64,000 nucleotides of DNA from Opitutales bacterium (GTDB lineage Bacteria; Verrucomicrobiota; Verrucomicrobiia; Opitutales; PNEW01): positions 512,001 through 576,000 of the forward strand of contig CBDANS010000007.1 in assembly GCA_965197745.1 (NCBI GenBank). The letters are read 5' to 3'. The position numbers and the translations under genes were made by a program. Positions 20,711 through 31,540 of the stretch are shown here, one piece after another. Below the pieces are notes generated by a model. That model did no database searches, was not told where the DNA came from, and was given only the letters and a program-made list of their open reading frames with translations. The first letter of the stretch is position 1; each line of letters opens with the position of its first letter.

Positions 20711-20732
20711 CAGTTTCTGTTTATAGAAACTG
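20711..20732. promoter_or_regulatory. 22-bp palindrome, candidate operator upstream of lhgO
   Basis: CAGTTTCTGT-TT-ATAGAAACTG (9/10 symmetric), 13 nt from the start codon. Confidence 0.4.
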
Positions 20733-21027
20733 GTAATCTGGACAATCACTGGTGAATGCATTCTTGTAAAAGGCAAGCATTAATAATTGATTAAATCATC
20801 CAACAATACTTCAAGGAATTTATGATCCTTATATCGAAAGTAATAGGATTTGAAATCCAGATGCTAAGCTTTATTTGTTACTTGTAAAAGAAAGAGAATT
20901 ATCTTTCCTCATAGTTAATATTTCAGAATTATACTTTAGATTTATATCCTTGGCAGAGCCTGAAAACACTCCTCTTTAATTTATGATCGCTGAACAGATT
21001 TTTTAAGGTATTTAATATTATTACCAT

Positions 21028-21957
21028 ATGAGTTCGCTGAAGATTATAATGATAGTATGTTCGACCTCAGTGGGGTTGATATCTGGATTGTGGGGCCAAC
21101 GGCCCAATCCGGAATTCCTGGATTTTAACAGTCCGGAGTCATGGGCGATGAAATATTTTACCTCCGCTTCAATTCTTTCCAGTTACAGCCCACCCCCAAA
21201 AAAAGATAGTGGTTCGCTTTATTTGATTCTTGAAATTGTCGAAGTCCCTGAACTTGGTGATTCTTACCGGCGGGTTGGATTTAATGGCACTAAACTGGAA
21301 GATTTGAACAAGGCACCGATACTTTTACGACCCGTTTTAAACTTTTATATTAAGCCAAGCGTATCATTCACGATAAGTTATGCCCCTCCCATTGAGGCCT
21401 GGGATGTGACTCCCAATCTTTTAGCTGGTTCATTAAATTGGACGGTTGTCGATTCCAGTTCCTGGCGATTGGGGCTCAAGTTATACGGACAGGTAGGTAG
21501 CGTGGAAGGAGATTTCACCTGTCCAGAATCAGTAGTAGCAGCTGGCGATGACCCCATACTTAATCCATTTGGATGTGATCAGGTATCCAGTGATACCGCT
21601 CATTTAGACTATTATGGCATTGAAGCCAGCGCGGCTTACCACATGGAAAAACTCAATGGATTGACGACATTTTTCGCGATCGGGGTAACCCATTTGGACA
21701 ACGAGTTCGATATAAACTCACGTTTATTTGGAGAACCTGATATCCGCACACAGGTATCGAGCGGAGACACGTTTAATATCAGTGGTGGAATGCTCTATCC
21801 CGTTACTGATAAAATTCAATTTGGCGTGCAGGTTTTTTACGCCCCGCTTGATGTTATACGCTTTGGGAAATCACAACCGGAAAACGATTCGTTAATTAAT
21901 GTACGTTTTCAACTATCCTACGCTTTTGGACATATAGGGAAATGGTGGGGCAAATAA
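21028..21957 (+). CDS. Hypothetical exported protein, probable outer-membrane beta-barrel
   Basis: Signal-like N-terminus; alternating amphipathic strands; aromatic terminal strand NVRFQLSYAF. Confidence 0.55.
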   Translation: MSSLKIIMIVCSTSVGLISGLWGQRPNPEFLDFNSPESWAMKYFTSASILSSYSPPPKKDSGSLYLILEIVEVPELGDSYRRVGFNGTKLEDLNKAPILLRPVLNFYIKPSVSFTISYAPPIEAWDVTPNLLAGSLNWTVVDSSSWRLGLKLYGQVGSVEGDFTCPESVVAAGDDPILNPFGCDQVSSDTAHLDYYGIEASAAYHMEKLNGLTTFFAIGVTHLDNEFDINSRLFGEPDIRTQVSSGDTFNISGGMLYPVTDKIQFGVQVFYAPLDVIRFGKSQPENDSLINVRFQLSYAFGHIGKWWGK

Positions 21958-22052
21958 ATCACTGCTCAATATATATTCAGCTCATACCTGGAAATACGAG
22001 TGACCTCAATACTGGAGATGAAGGATATCACACAGGATGTATTAAAAGGTAA

Positions 22053-22802
22053 ATGAGCGCCATACGCCAATTGATTGAGTCATCCGTGGGAAAAAAATAT
22101 CTCATGGCCATGACTGGTCTGGTCCTGGTTGTGTTTGTCTTGCTTCACATGCTGGGCAATTTGCAGATATTTATAGGCCCTGAAGCGCTTAATTTCTATG
22201 CGCACAAGCTGCAGACGCTTCCCGCTGCTCTAAAGTGGGGGTTTCGCCTTTTTCTATTAGCCTCGTTAGCCGTGCATGTATGGATGGCTACTCTTTTGAC
22301 GATTGAAAATCGCAAAGCGCGCCCCCAGAATAATGTTACGGAGGCTGTGGTTCAGGCGAGCTATGCCTCTAGGACCATGCGCTGGTCGGGATATATCCTT
22401 GTCGCATTTATTATTTTCCACCTGCTCCATTTTACGGTGCGTGTTGTCTTCGATTTTAGTAATCTGAGATACGATCTGCATGGTGAATTAGTTCACGATG
22501 TCTATGCCATGGTGATAATCGGATATTCTCATTGGTATGTTTCCCTCTTTTACATTCTATCCATGGGCTTGCTATGTATGCACCTTTCACACGGTATATC
22601 CAGCATGTTTCAATCCATGGGTTGGCGCAATGAGAATTGGCATCACCGACTAAACTTACTTGCCGTGGTATCAGGGTGGTTTATCTTTCTCGGGTTTGCC
22701 TCTATCCCCTTGAGTGTTCTTGCTTCACAATATTCAGAAATGAACTTGCTGCCCGTAAACGAAATTCTCGAACAGACTATGGATAAGGCATCCCATAAAT
22801 GA
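22053..22802 (+). CDS. sdhC: Succinate dehydrogenase cytochrome b subunit
   Basis: [24 protein letters not shown]; overlaps sdhA. Confidence 0.92.
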   Translation: MSAIRQLIESSVGKKYLMAMTGLVLVVFVLLHMLGNLQIFIGPEALNFYAHKLQTLPAALKWGFRLFLLASLAVHVWMATLLTIENRKARPQNNVTEAVVQASYASRTMRWSGYILVAFIIFHLLHFTVRVVFDFSNLRYDLHGELVHDVYAMVIIGYSHWYVSLFYILSMGLLCMHLSHGISSMFQSMGWRNENWHHRLNLLAVVSGWFIFLGFASIPLSVLASQYSEMNLLPVNEILEQTMDKASHK

Positions 22803-24715
22803 ATCTTGATGCCAAAATACCCGATGGCTCCATCGCTGAATTGTGGGACCGCCATAAGTTCAACATCAAGTTGGTCAATCCTGCTAATAAACGCAGATAC
22901 CATATCATTGTCGTTGGGACGGGTCTCGCGGGTGCGTCCGCTGCCGCAACTCTCGGAGAGCTTGGCTATAATGTTTCCTGTTTTTGTTATCAGGATAGCC
23001 CACGACGCGCGCACAGTATAGCAGCTCAGGGAGGTATTAACGCGGCAAAAAATTATCAGAATGACGGGGACAGTGTTTACCGTCTATTCTATGATACGGT
23101 TAAGGGGGGTGACTTTCGTTCTCGTGAGGCAAATGTTTATCGCCTCGCTCAGCTCAGTGTGAATATTATCGACCAGTGTGTTGCCCAGGGCGTGCCCTTT
23201 GCACGCGAATACGGAGGTCTTCTCGACAACCGTTCTTTTGGCGGAGCTCAAGTCTCGCGAACTTTTTATGCGCGGGGTCAGACGGGTCAGCAACTTCTTC
23301 TCGGCGCCTACTCTGCGCTCAATCGCCAAATAGGTCTTGGCCAGGTAAAAATGTATAACCGCCATGAGATGCTCGACCTGGTAATTGTTAACGGTCATGC
23401 AAAAGGCATCATTGTCCGCAATCTGGCCACCGGTGCGATTCATCGATTTTCTGCAAATGCGGTGATTCTCGCCACTGGGGGTTATAGTAATGTCTATTAT
23501 CTTTCAACCGGAGCTGCGGGGTGTAACGTGACCGCAGCTTATCGCGCCTATCGACGCGGCGCGGGTTTTGCCAATCCCTGTTTTACGCAAATCCATCCTA
23601 CCTGTATACCGCAGGCAGGCGATCATCAGAGCAAGCTTACCCTGATGTCGGAATCACTGCGCAATGACGGGCGCGTCTGGGTTCCCAAGCGTAAAGAGGA
23701 CTGTGATATGGATCCACAAAGTATACCCGAGGATAGTCGCGATTATTATCTTGAACGAAAATACCCCAGTTTCGGCAATCTTGCGCCTCGCGATATATCC
23801 TCCCGTTCCGCGAAGGAGGTATGTGATGAAGGGCGCGGTGTAGGCCCGGGCGGACGCGGTGTATATCTCGATTTTGCCGATGCCATCGAGAGACACGGGC
23901 TCGATAGGATGGAAGAGCGTTACGGAAATCTTTTTCAGATGTATGAACGTATCACCGGGGAAAATGCCTATGAACGTCCCATGCGCATTTATCCCGCTCT
24001 CCATTACACGATGGGGGGATTGTGGGTGGACTATAACCTCATGAGTAATGTCCCGGGGCTTTTCGTCCTGGGTGAGGCAAACTTTTCAGATCACGGGGCA
24101 AATCGGTTGGGCGCCAGTGCCTTGATGCAAGGGTTAGCGGACGGGTACTTTGTAATTCCCTCCACGATATCGGATTATCTTGTCAATACTGGACCATCAG
24201 TCCCCTCTACGGACTCTATGTCATTTGAAAAAGCTGAAGGGGAGGTGAATGATAAATTGAATCACCTCCTCTCAATTAAAGGCAATCGCACGGCGCGCTC
24301 CTTCCACCGGAAACTCGGTCAGATAATCTGGGAACACTGCGGGATGTCTCGCAGCAGTGAGAGTCTGAAGGAAGCGCTGCGCCTATTGCCGGAGTTACGC
24401 GAAGAATTTTGGAATAATTTAAGTGTCCCGGGTGAAAATCGCGATCTTAACCAGGAACTGGAACGTGCCGGTCGTATCGCCGATTTTATCGAGTTTGCTC
24501 AACTTTTATGCTACGATGCTCTGGATCGTGATGAGTCTTGTGGTGCTCATTTCCGGGTAGAGCATCAGACAGAAGACAGCGAGGCGGTGCGCGATGACGA
24601 CGATTTTTCCCATGTCTCGGTGTGGGAATTTCAAGGAGATGATAAAGCGCCGAAAAAATACGAGGAAGAGCTTGAATTTACAGAGGTTCAGTTGACGACG
24701 CGAAGTTACAAATAA
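22799..24715 (+). CDS. sdhA: Succinate dehydrogenase/fumarate reductase flavoprotein
   Basis: [32 protein letters not shown]. Confidence 0.95.
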   Translation: MNLDAKIPDGSIAELWDRHKFNIKLVNPANKRRYHIIVVGTGLAGASAAATLGELGYNVSCFCYQDSPRRAHSIAAQGGINAAKNYQNDGDSVYRLFYDTVKGGDFRSREANVYRLAQLSVNIIDQCVAQGVPFAREYGGLLDNRSFGGAQVSRTFYARGQTGQQLLLGAYSALNRQIGLGQVKMYNRHEMLDLVIVNGHAKGIIVRNLATGAIHRFSANAVILATGGYSNVYYLSTGAAGCNVTAAYRAYRRGAGFANPCFTQIHPTCIPQAGDHQSKLTLMSESLRNDGRVWVPKRKEDCDMDPQSIPEDSRDYYLERKYPSFGNLAPRDISSRSAKEVCDEGRGVGPGGRGVYLDFADAIERHGLDRMEERYGNLFQMYERITGENAYERPMRIYPALHYTMGGLWVDYNLMSNVPGLFVLGEANFSDHGANRLGASALMQGLADGYFVIPSTISDYLVNTGPSVPSTDSMSFEKAEGEVNDKLNHLLSIKGNRTARSFHRKLGQIIWEHCGMSRSSESLKEALRLLPELREEFWNNLSVPGENRDLNQELERAGRIADFIEFAQLLCYDALDRDESCGAHFRVEHQTEDSEAVRDDDDFSHVSVWEFQGDDKAPKKYEEELEFTEVQLTTRSYK

Positions 24716-24731
24716 GAATAGAAGGAAGAGT

Positions 24732-25490
24732 TTGATGAATCTAAAATTGCAAATTTGGCGACAAAAAAACACGTCGGACACAGGCCGGATCGTCAACTAT
24801 GAGCTGGAGAATATATCACCCGACTCGTCTTTTCTTGAAATGCTGGACTTGCTTAACGAACAACTCATTAAAAGAGGCGATGAACCTGTTGCTTTTGACC
24901 ACGATTGTCGGGAGGGAATTTGTGGCATGTGCAGCCTCACCGTGAATGGCATTCCGCACGGGCCCGAACGCGGCACTACAGTCTGCCAGCTTCATATGAG
25001 GCATTTCCATGACGGTGAAACGATAACCATAGAGCCGTGGAGGGCAAATGCCTTTCCGGTGATGAAAGATCTCGTCGTTGACCGCAGTGCATTTGAAAAA
25101 ATACAGCAAGCCGGCGGATTTATCACCGTGCGCACGGGAAGCGCTCCCGACGCCAACGGAATCCCGGTTCCTAAGGACACATCTGATTGGGCGATGAATA
25201 ACGCGACCTGCATTGGATGCGGTGCGTGCGTAGCTGCTTGTAAAAACGGCTCAGCGATGCTCTTTACGGCCGCGAAAATCAGCCACTTAAACTCATTGCC
25301 ACAGGGGAAACCGGAAGAGGATCGACGTGTCCTGGATATGGTTAAAGCGATGGACGATGCGGGTTTTGGAAATTGCACTAATTACGGTGAGTGCTCAGCG
25401 GTCTGCCCCAAAGAAATCACACTTGATGCGATTGCCCAATTAAATCGAGACTATGGTTTTGCGACGATTAAAACTTTTTTGGAAAAATAG
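24732..25490 (+). CDS. sdhB: Succinate dehydrogenase iron-sulfur subunit
   Basis: [32 protein letters not shown]. Confidence 0.95.
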   Translation: MMNLKLQIWRQKNTSDTGRIVNYELENISPDSSFLEMLDLLNEQLIKRGDEPVAFDHDCREGICGMCSLTVNGIPHGPERGTTVCQLHMRHFHDGETITIEPWRANAFPVMKDLVVDRSAFEKIQQAGGFITVRTGSAPDANGIPVPKDTSDWAMNNATCIGCGACVAACKNGSAMLFTAAKISHLNSLPQGKPEEDRRVLDMVKAMDDAGFGNCTNYGECSAVCPKEITLDAIAQLNRDYGFATIKTFLEK

Positions 25491-25576
25491 ATTAAATTTA
25501 CCGGATTGAAAAGGCGGAATAGATTAGTCTGGTTTGTGCATATTAATTTTGTGCCATAATCGAAAACAGTACTGAG

Positions 25577-27142
25577 ATGGGAAAGTTAAGTGCCGTTAAT
25601 TCTACGGATATATTAGATGCTATTCGGCTGGGCTGCCAGACGATGAGTAATGTATTTAATGCGGACGATAATAACGTCCCGTTTTTTGTAGTGGAAGTTT
25701 TACCTCAGGCAAGGATGTATTTTTCGTCACATCACACTGAAGCACACGTTCCCGGTCGTCACTTGAATGCACTTTTAAATGCAAGAGCTACTGCGGGTAT
25801 TAATGTCGATGAACTAACGATTGAAAATCATGCAAATGCGGCCTTTTTTTCTTACAATGGTCCTCTCCCCGTCCCCCTTAACCGTAACAAGATTGACGGT
25901 CCCCTCCTAAACTTTATCCCCCATAATTTTCGGGAAGGGTTCCATGCTCTCTATGCTTTGGCTTTTTTTCGCAATGATGAGCGCGCGCTCAAATTAGCGG
26001 AAGAGAGTGTTAATGCCATCTGTAAATTATGGAATCCAGATAAGGGATGGGATTATGAATATTTAGAAGAGAAACTGGGTCTCAATGTGATGAAGGATGG
26101 AACCTTTATTACCGGACTCGCTCGATCGATAGGACCCCTTGTCAAAATCTACCGCACTTTGGGAATGGGGTCCGCGATGAATTTAGCGATCACGCTCAAA
26201 GTAAAAACGGTAAATGAATTTTTTAAAGAAGAGGGAAAATATGATAGTCAGCTATTGGGGACACACACGCACTCGACAACCTGTGTAATGTCATCCTTGG
26301 CCCAGTTAGCCGATGTGACTTCAGACACTCAACTCATGGAAAGAGTTCGCGCATTCTATGACCACGGTCTCTGGTCAATTCGCGATGCCCTTGGTTGGGT
26401 AAATGAAACTAGCAATCTCGAAGCCAATCCCGATAAAGGTGAAATTAACAATACGGGTGATATCGTCGAGACCGCACTCATTCTCGGGCGTCATGGATAC
26501 CCTCAATATTACGAAGATGCTGAATGTATATTGCGCAGTCACCTTCTTCCATCCCAGTTACGGGATATCTCCTTTATCAAAGAACCGGATAACCCAGAAA
26601 ATGAAGACGGGAAACGAGAATTCGCTCGGAGAATACGCGGAGCATTTGGTTTTCCTGCCCCCTATGGTCATCAGCCCATTGATTTAGACCTCGTTAAGTT
26701 TAATCTGGATATTGTCGGTGGTGGCGTTGACTCTCTATGTGAAGCTTATCGTGAAATTGTCCGGTTTGATGAAGGGGACCACAGAGTAAATATGCTCTTT
26801 GACTATGAAAATGATAATGTGGTTATAGAGTCACCCTATACCCATGACCATCTTCGTATAAAAATCAAACGGCCTGGACCCTTATTCGTGCGAATACCCT
26901 CATGGGTCGATCGCAGCAGTGTGATGGTCGATGGAAATGAGGGCGCGCCGCAAATCAAAAGTGGTTATTTGAAAATTGATCAACCTCGGCTGAATGAATG
27001 GATAAAGATTATATTTAACCTACCGCAAAGAGAATTAATATTAAAGCACAGGAGTAGAAATATACATGTTCGGTTGCGTGGAGATGCAGTTGTCGCGATG
27101 GATAATTTTGGCGCTGAACACACATTTTTTGATCCTTATTGA
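25577..27142 (+). CDS. Hypothetical protein resembling the GH127/GH146 (alpha/alpha)6 barrel plus beta-sandwich
   Basis: Helical N-terminal part with THTHS; C-terminal LFVRIPSWV and VRLRGDAVVAM typical of GH127-like tails. Confidence 0.5.
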   Translation: MGKLSAVNSTDILDAIRLGCQTMSNVFNADDNNVPFFVVEVLPQARMYFSSHHTEAHVPGRHLNALLNARATAGINVDELTIENHANAAFFSYNGPLPVPLNRNKIDGPLLNFIPHNFREGFHALYALAFFRNDERALKLAEESVNAICKLWNPDKGWDYEYLEEKLGLNVMKDGTFITGLARSIGPLVKIYRTLGMGSAMNLAITLKVKTVNEFFKEEGKYDSQLLGTHTHSTTCVMSSLAQLADVTSDTQLMERVRAFYDHGLWSIRDALGWVNETSNLEANPDKGEINNTGDIVETALILGRHGYPQYYEDAECILRSHLLPSQLRDISFIKEPDNPENEDGKREFARRIRGAFGFPAPYGHQPIDLDLVKFNLDIVGGGVDSLCEAYREIVRFDEGDHRVNMLFDYENDNVVIESPYTHDHLRIKIKRPGPLFVRIPSWVDRSSVMVDGNEGAPQIKSGYLKIDQPRLNEWIKIIFNLPQRELILKHRSRNIHVRLRGDAVVAMDNFGAEHTFFDPY

Positions 27143-27558
27143 GATACAGTCTCCCTATAATTTATAACTTGCAGTCCATCAATCCCGGAAAATGTGGTTA
27201 CATTACGCGTCAGTATGGGCAACCCATGTTCACGCGCAACGGCAATAAACCATATATCGTTTGGCTTGAATGAAGGCAGGGGATCTCTCAGTTCAGCGAT
27301 CGCTTGCGCATAAAAATATAGAGTTTTGTCCGTGGGGACGATAGTGGGAAACTCTTCAATAAAAGGTTGAAAATCCCAAATACTAAAATTGGCATAAGTA
27401 ACGGCCTTAATGAATTCTCCCTTCGCAAACCAGGGGAGTCCGACAATAGCATCGCTATTATCACGGGCAAAGCGAATGGCATTGCCTGTTCCCTGCTGTT
27501 CTCGCCATAGATCAAAAAGAAAAATAGCGTCACTTAAATAATTAATAGCGAGAGTCAT
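27136..27558 (-). CDS. vapC: PIN-domain toxin (VapC)
   Basis: YLSD...GEF...NDIWFIAVAREHGLPILTRN; start MTLAINY overlaps the antitoxin gene. Confidence 0.8.
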   Translation of the reverse strand: MTLAINYLSDAIFLFDLWREQQGTGNAIRFARDNSDAIVGLPWFAKGEFIKAVTYANFSIWDFQPFIEEFPTIVPTDKTLYFYAQAIAELRDPLPSFKPNDIWFIAVAREHGLPILTRNVTTFSGIDGLQVINYRETVSQ

Positions 27559-27772
27559 TGCTCCAGCCGTTAGATTTATCAATTGCACTTTCAAAAACCT
27601 CCAGCGTCGTGGCATCCGGAGTAGGCAATCGTTGTACTGTCTTTAATATGTTTTTAAATGAACCATGCGTGGAAATCATGTTTTTGATAACCACAGAAAA
27701 TGAAACGTTATCATGATGTTTACACGCAAGAAGACGTTGATAGGCATCATCTGATATTTCAATTTTCTTCAT
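27542..27772 (-). CDS. vapB: Antitoxin (VapB, DUF217-like)
   Basis: MKKIEISDDAYQRL...SFSVVI pattern; 76 aa, directly upstream of the PIN gene. Confidence 0.75.
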   Translation of the reverse strand: MKKIEISDDAYQRLLACKHHDNVSFSVVIKNMISTHGSFKNILKTVQRLPTPDATTLEVFESAIDKSNGWSNDSRY

Positions 27773-27953
27773 GTAACAACCGGTTAATTTAAAATTAAAG
27801 AGAGTTAAAATATAACCGAGTTCACACTTTGCAGCGAGGGAAAATGAAACGGTGGATTAAGATTTACTTAAAGTTTACATCTTAATGATTTTGTCTTATC
27901 TTTAAAAATAAATTGAAAATATTCCGGATTCATCGAAAGCAATAGACATATCT

Positions 27954-28742
27954 ATGCACAATTATTCTCGTAAAGAGATAGAACAAAAAATCGCGTCTGT
28001 TCATTGGTATCACAGCTTCGAACTCGTACCCGGTATCACGACACCTGGGATTGTTCCTTTCGATGCGGTTAAGATACTGGATATGATTCCGATAAAAAAT
28101 TTAGCGGGCAAACGAATCCTCGATATAGGAGCCTGGGATGGTCCACTCTCATTTGAACTTGAGAAGCGCGGGGCTTCAGTGGTTGCCATAGATATTCAAG
28201 ACCCCGAGGTGACCGGATTTAATATCGCAAAAGATATACTCCGTTCTGAAGTGGAATATATTCATGGCAGTGTTTATGATCTTAGTAATCTGACGCGTGG
28301 TCCGTTTGATATAGTGTTCTTTTTCGGTGTTTTTTATCACCTAAAAAATCCGCTTCTAGCTTTTGAAGAAATTAGCAAGCTGTTGAATCCACAGTCCCGT
28401 CTCTTTTTTGAAGGAGAATGTCTTTTACATTTTGCCGAGGATATAGAGGGTAAACCGCGGAAAGATATAGATATTGAGGCCCTGGGGCGATCGTCATTAC
28501 CTGTTTCTCTTTTTTACCCCGGTAAATACAAAAAAACATCGAACTGGATTGTACCCAATTTAGCCTGTATTCGATCCTGGCTTCAGGCTGCGGGCCTCGA
28601 ATTGGAAGTATATTACTTCGACAGTGATCCGGAGACAAAACCGTACCCTAAACAGCGAATCTCAGGTATTGCCAAACTTACCGGACTTCCCGTCGTAGAA
28701 GAACATCCACTGGCTCGATCGGTTCCACCCCTTAAGGATTAG
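27954..28742 (+). CDS. Class I SAM-dependent methyltransferase (DUF1698/CmoB-like)
   Basis: WYHSFEL, ILDIGAWDG, FDIVFFFGVFYHLKNP. Confidence 0.85.
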   Translation: MHNYSRKEIEQKIASVHWYHSFELVPGITTPGIVPFDAVKILDMIPIKNLAGKRILDIGAWDGPLSFELEKRGASVVAIDIQDPEVTGFNIAKDILRSEVEYIHGSVYDLSNLTRGPFDIVFFFGVFYHLKNPLLAFEEISKLLNPQSRLFFEGECLLHFAEDIEGKPRKDIDIEALGRSSLPVSLFYPGKYKKTSNWIVPNLACIRSWLQAAGLELEVYYFDSDPETKPYPKQRISGIAKLTGLPVVEEHPLARSVPPLKD

Positions 28743-29015
28743 CATTAATTCGATAAGCCCCCTGACGCTCCCCTTAAGCTCCTCTTATCAATACCGATTA
28801 TTCTTATATTGGAAGGTCGATGGCATAGGGCACTGGGATTAGGAATAAACCATCGCCTACGACTGCCTTTTTCTCATTCCCGAACAATTAAAAGAAATAA
28901 ATATTAAGTATTTCAGTGACAAAGACGAAGAGAGCCTTAAGCAACTTACAAAATGGAGCCATGCAGATCAATGGCTTCACCCGGAATTCTCGGTCATGAT
29001 GAAAGGACAATTCAC

Positions 29016-29429
29016 ATGACCCGATTAAAAAAAATAAATCGACCTGAGGAAGCTTTTCAAATGGCTCCAATGATAGATATGGTTTTCCTGCTCCTCGTAT
29101 TCTTCATGTGTGTAAGCGCCCTCGCCCAGGCGGAAAAAAAAATAGAATTGGATCTTCCCGAATCTTCAGAAAGTGAGGTTGCGAATAATTTATCAAACCG
29201 GGGAAAAATCTCACTGGATAGAGAAGGGACTATTTATATAGCCGCGCAAAAGCACACCCTGAACGAAATGCAAAAACTAATCGGGAATGCATTAAAAAGC
29301 GATCCCGATCTTAAAATTCTGCTTCGCGCTGATAGGGAGACTCCCTACCGCGAAATTAAAAGAGTGTTAAAAACCTGCGCCGGGGTAGGAGCTAATGAAA
29401 TTATATATTCTACATACCAGTATAATTAA
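29016..29429 (+). CDS. exbD: ExbD/TolR family protein
   Basis: MAPMIDMVFLLLVFFM, LRADRETPY; start taken at MTRLKK. Confidence 0.88.
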   Translation: MTRLKKINRPEEAFQMAPMIDMVFLLLVFFMCVSALAQAEKKIELDLPESSESEVANNLSNRGKISLDREGTIYIAAQKHTLNEMQKLIGNALKSDPDLKILLRADRETPYREIKRVLKTCAGVGANEIIYSTYQYN

Positions 29430-29454
29430 AATAAATTGGAGGTATCTATAAACG

Positions 29455-29901
29455 ATGGCACGATTGCCGATGAAGGAATGGGCAAACCCCACCATGCCTA
29501 TTGCCCCGATGATTGACTGTGTTTTCCTCCTCCTCATTTATTTCATGATATCGGCAACGCTCGAACGGCAGGAAGCGGATATCTCTTTTCATCTTCCAGG
29601 TGTGATCGAGCAAAATGAGCCCCTTGATATGCCCGATGAGCAGATTATTGAGATCCTTGGTAATGGTCAGGTAATCGTTAACGACTATGCCTATGACGCA
29701 CCCGATGCTCTATATTTGGACGAGCTTGCCACTATGCTTTCGCGTTTCAAAGAAGCCAGTGATGCCAATAAAGTTGTAGCCATTATCACGATCGCACCTA
29801 TGGAAGTGGTGCAGCATCAGATAATCGTCAAAGTCATGGACGCTTGTGCCCGGGCTGATATTTCCCATGTAAACTTTTCGATAAACGAAGAAGTATATTA
29901 A
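29455..29901 (+). CDS. exbD: ExbD/TolR family protein
   Basis: IAPMIDCVFLLLIYFM, IVKVMDAC. Confidence 0.88.
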   Translation: MARLPMKEWANPTMPIAPMIDCVFLLLIYFMISATLERQEADISFHLPGVIEQNEPLDMPDEQIIEILGNGQVIVNDYAYDAPDALYLDELATMLSRFKEASDANKVVAIITIAPMEVVQHQIIVKVMDACARADISHVNFSINEEVY

Positions 29902-29978
29902 ATTCACCACCACTTCCAGCGGTGAGGCATGGGGTATTTTGTGTTGCCATGGGCGACACTTAAATAGAGGGTATCGCC

Positions 29979-31385
29979 ATGTCTAAAAAGACACAGGCTA
30001 CATGGGGTGGAAGGTTTTCGGAAAGTCCCTCGGAACTGATGATACGTTTTAGCGAGTCGGTTTCCCTTGACCAACGATTAGCCCACTATGACGTGCGTTG
30101 CAGCAAGGCACACGCCGCGATGCTGTGCAAAATTGGCATCCTTAAAAAAAGTGAACGCGACGCCATCAATAAAGGCCTCACGGCTATTTTAAATAAAATT
30201 GAGAAAGGCAATTTTAAATGGAGCGTTCAATTAGAAGACGTTCACATGAATATTGAACAGGCATTGAACCGGCAAACTACTGCGGCTGCGAAGCTGCACG
30301 CGGCTCGCAGTCGTAATGACCAGGTGGCAGCTGATATGCGGTTGTTTTTCAAGGATGCCTGCAGTGAGATTAACGCGACATTGGTTAAATTGCTAAAGAC
30401 TCTTCTTAAGCTGGCTGAAGCCCATCAGGATGTATGTTTACCGGCTTACACCCATTTGCAGCGGGCCCAGCCGGTATCGCTGGCGCATCACTTATTGGCT
30501 TATATCGAAATGTTCGATCGCGATCGTCACCGCTTTGGCACCGTCTATGAACATGCCAATGTGTGCCCCCTCGGGTCCGGGGCTGTCGCTGGAACGACCT
30601 TACCCATTGACCGTGAATTTTTGGCTGAATATCTCGGCTTTGTTGATTCTAAAGGGCGTCCGCTTCTTACTCAAAACAGCATGGATGCGGTTGCCGATCG
30701 GGATCTTTTTATTGAATTTGCCTCTGCTTGCGCGCTGTGCGGCACCCATTTTTCGCGGGTGGCCGAAGATCTGATATTGTGGAGCAGCGCGGAATTTAAT
30801 TTCCTTACCCTGCCCGACGCTTTTACCACCGGTTCCAGTCTTATGCCCCAGAAAAAAAACCCGGACTCACTTGAACTACTCCGGGGAAAGGCGGCACGGT
30901 TACAGGGTCAACTGCAGACTCTCTTGACCTTGGTTAAAGGTCTGCCTCTGACTTACAATCGTGATTTACAAGAGGATAAACGCCCAGTCTTCGATGGCTA
31001 TGATGAATCGATAATCTCCCTCCAGGTATTGGAAAAGACACTCGCGAGGATAAAGGTAAACCGAGAGGTGTGCGCGGCTGCGGTTGCGGATGCCAGTTTA
31101 CTGGCTACTGATCTTGTAGATTACCTGGTAGAACGGGGCGCGCCCTTTCGTGAAGCGCACCAGGCAGTGGGCCGGTTGGTGGCCCTTGCTGAAAAAAATA
31201 ATGTGGCCCTGAATGAGTTGAATACAGCGCAAGTGCGCCGTGTTTATAAGCTGTTCGGAGAGGACTGGCATAACCTTTTTGACGCTAAAGCTTCCCTCCG
31301 GAAACGTGAGAAAATTGGCATGCCGGGACCTCGTCAAGTGGGGAAGCAGATTGCCCGCTGGCGCAAAATCCTCGCCAAGGGGTGA
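29979..31385 (+). CDS. argH: Argininosuccinate lyase
   Basis: [32 protein letters not shown]. Confidence 0.96.
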   Translation: MSKKTQATWGGRFSESPSELMIRFSESVSLDQRLAHYDVRCSKAHAAMLCKIGILKKSERDAINKGLTAILNKIEKGNFKWSVQLEDVHMNIEQALNRQTTAAAKLHAARSRNDQVAADMRLFFKDACSEINATLVKLLKTLLKLAEAHQDVCLPAYTHLQRAQPVSLAHHLLAYIEMFDRDRHRFGTVYEHANVCPLGSGAVAGTTLPIDREFLAEYLGFVDSKGRPLLTQNSMDAVADRDLFIEFASACALCGTHFSRVAEDLILWSSAEFNFLTLPDAFTTGSSLMPQKKNPDSLELLRGKAARLQGQLQTLLTLVKGLPLTYNRDLQEDKRPVFDGYDESIISLQVLEKTLARIKVNREVCAAAVADASLLATDLVDYLVERGAPFREAHQAVGRLVALAEKNNVALNELNTAQVRRVYKLFGEDWHNLFDAKASLRKREKIGMPGPRQVGKQIARWRKILAKG

Positions 31386-31437
31386 TGCGTATTCGCGTGA
31401 ATGCGGATATGCGGATATGCGGATATGCGGATATGCG
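31385..31437. repeat. Octamer microsatellite (ATGCGGAT) x4 with degenerate flanks, after the argH stop
   Basis: Four perfect ATGCGGAT copies at 31401-31432. Confidence 0.9.
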
Positions 31438-31540
31438 TTGATTCGATAATAGAATAAAATGAAGTAAAGATCTACCTGGGAAGAAGACGATAGGGCAGAC
31501 GAAGATCAATTGATGAACTTCGATCCATGCGGGACAATCT

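Noticed and set aside
31385..31437. Repeat tracts as a CRISPR array
   Set aside because: Units are 6-9 nt and contiguous, with no unique spacers and no cas genes in the window
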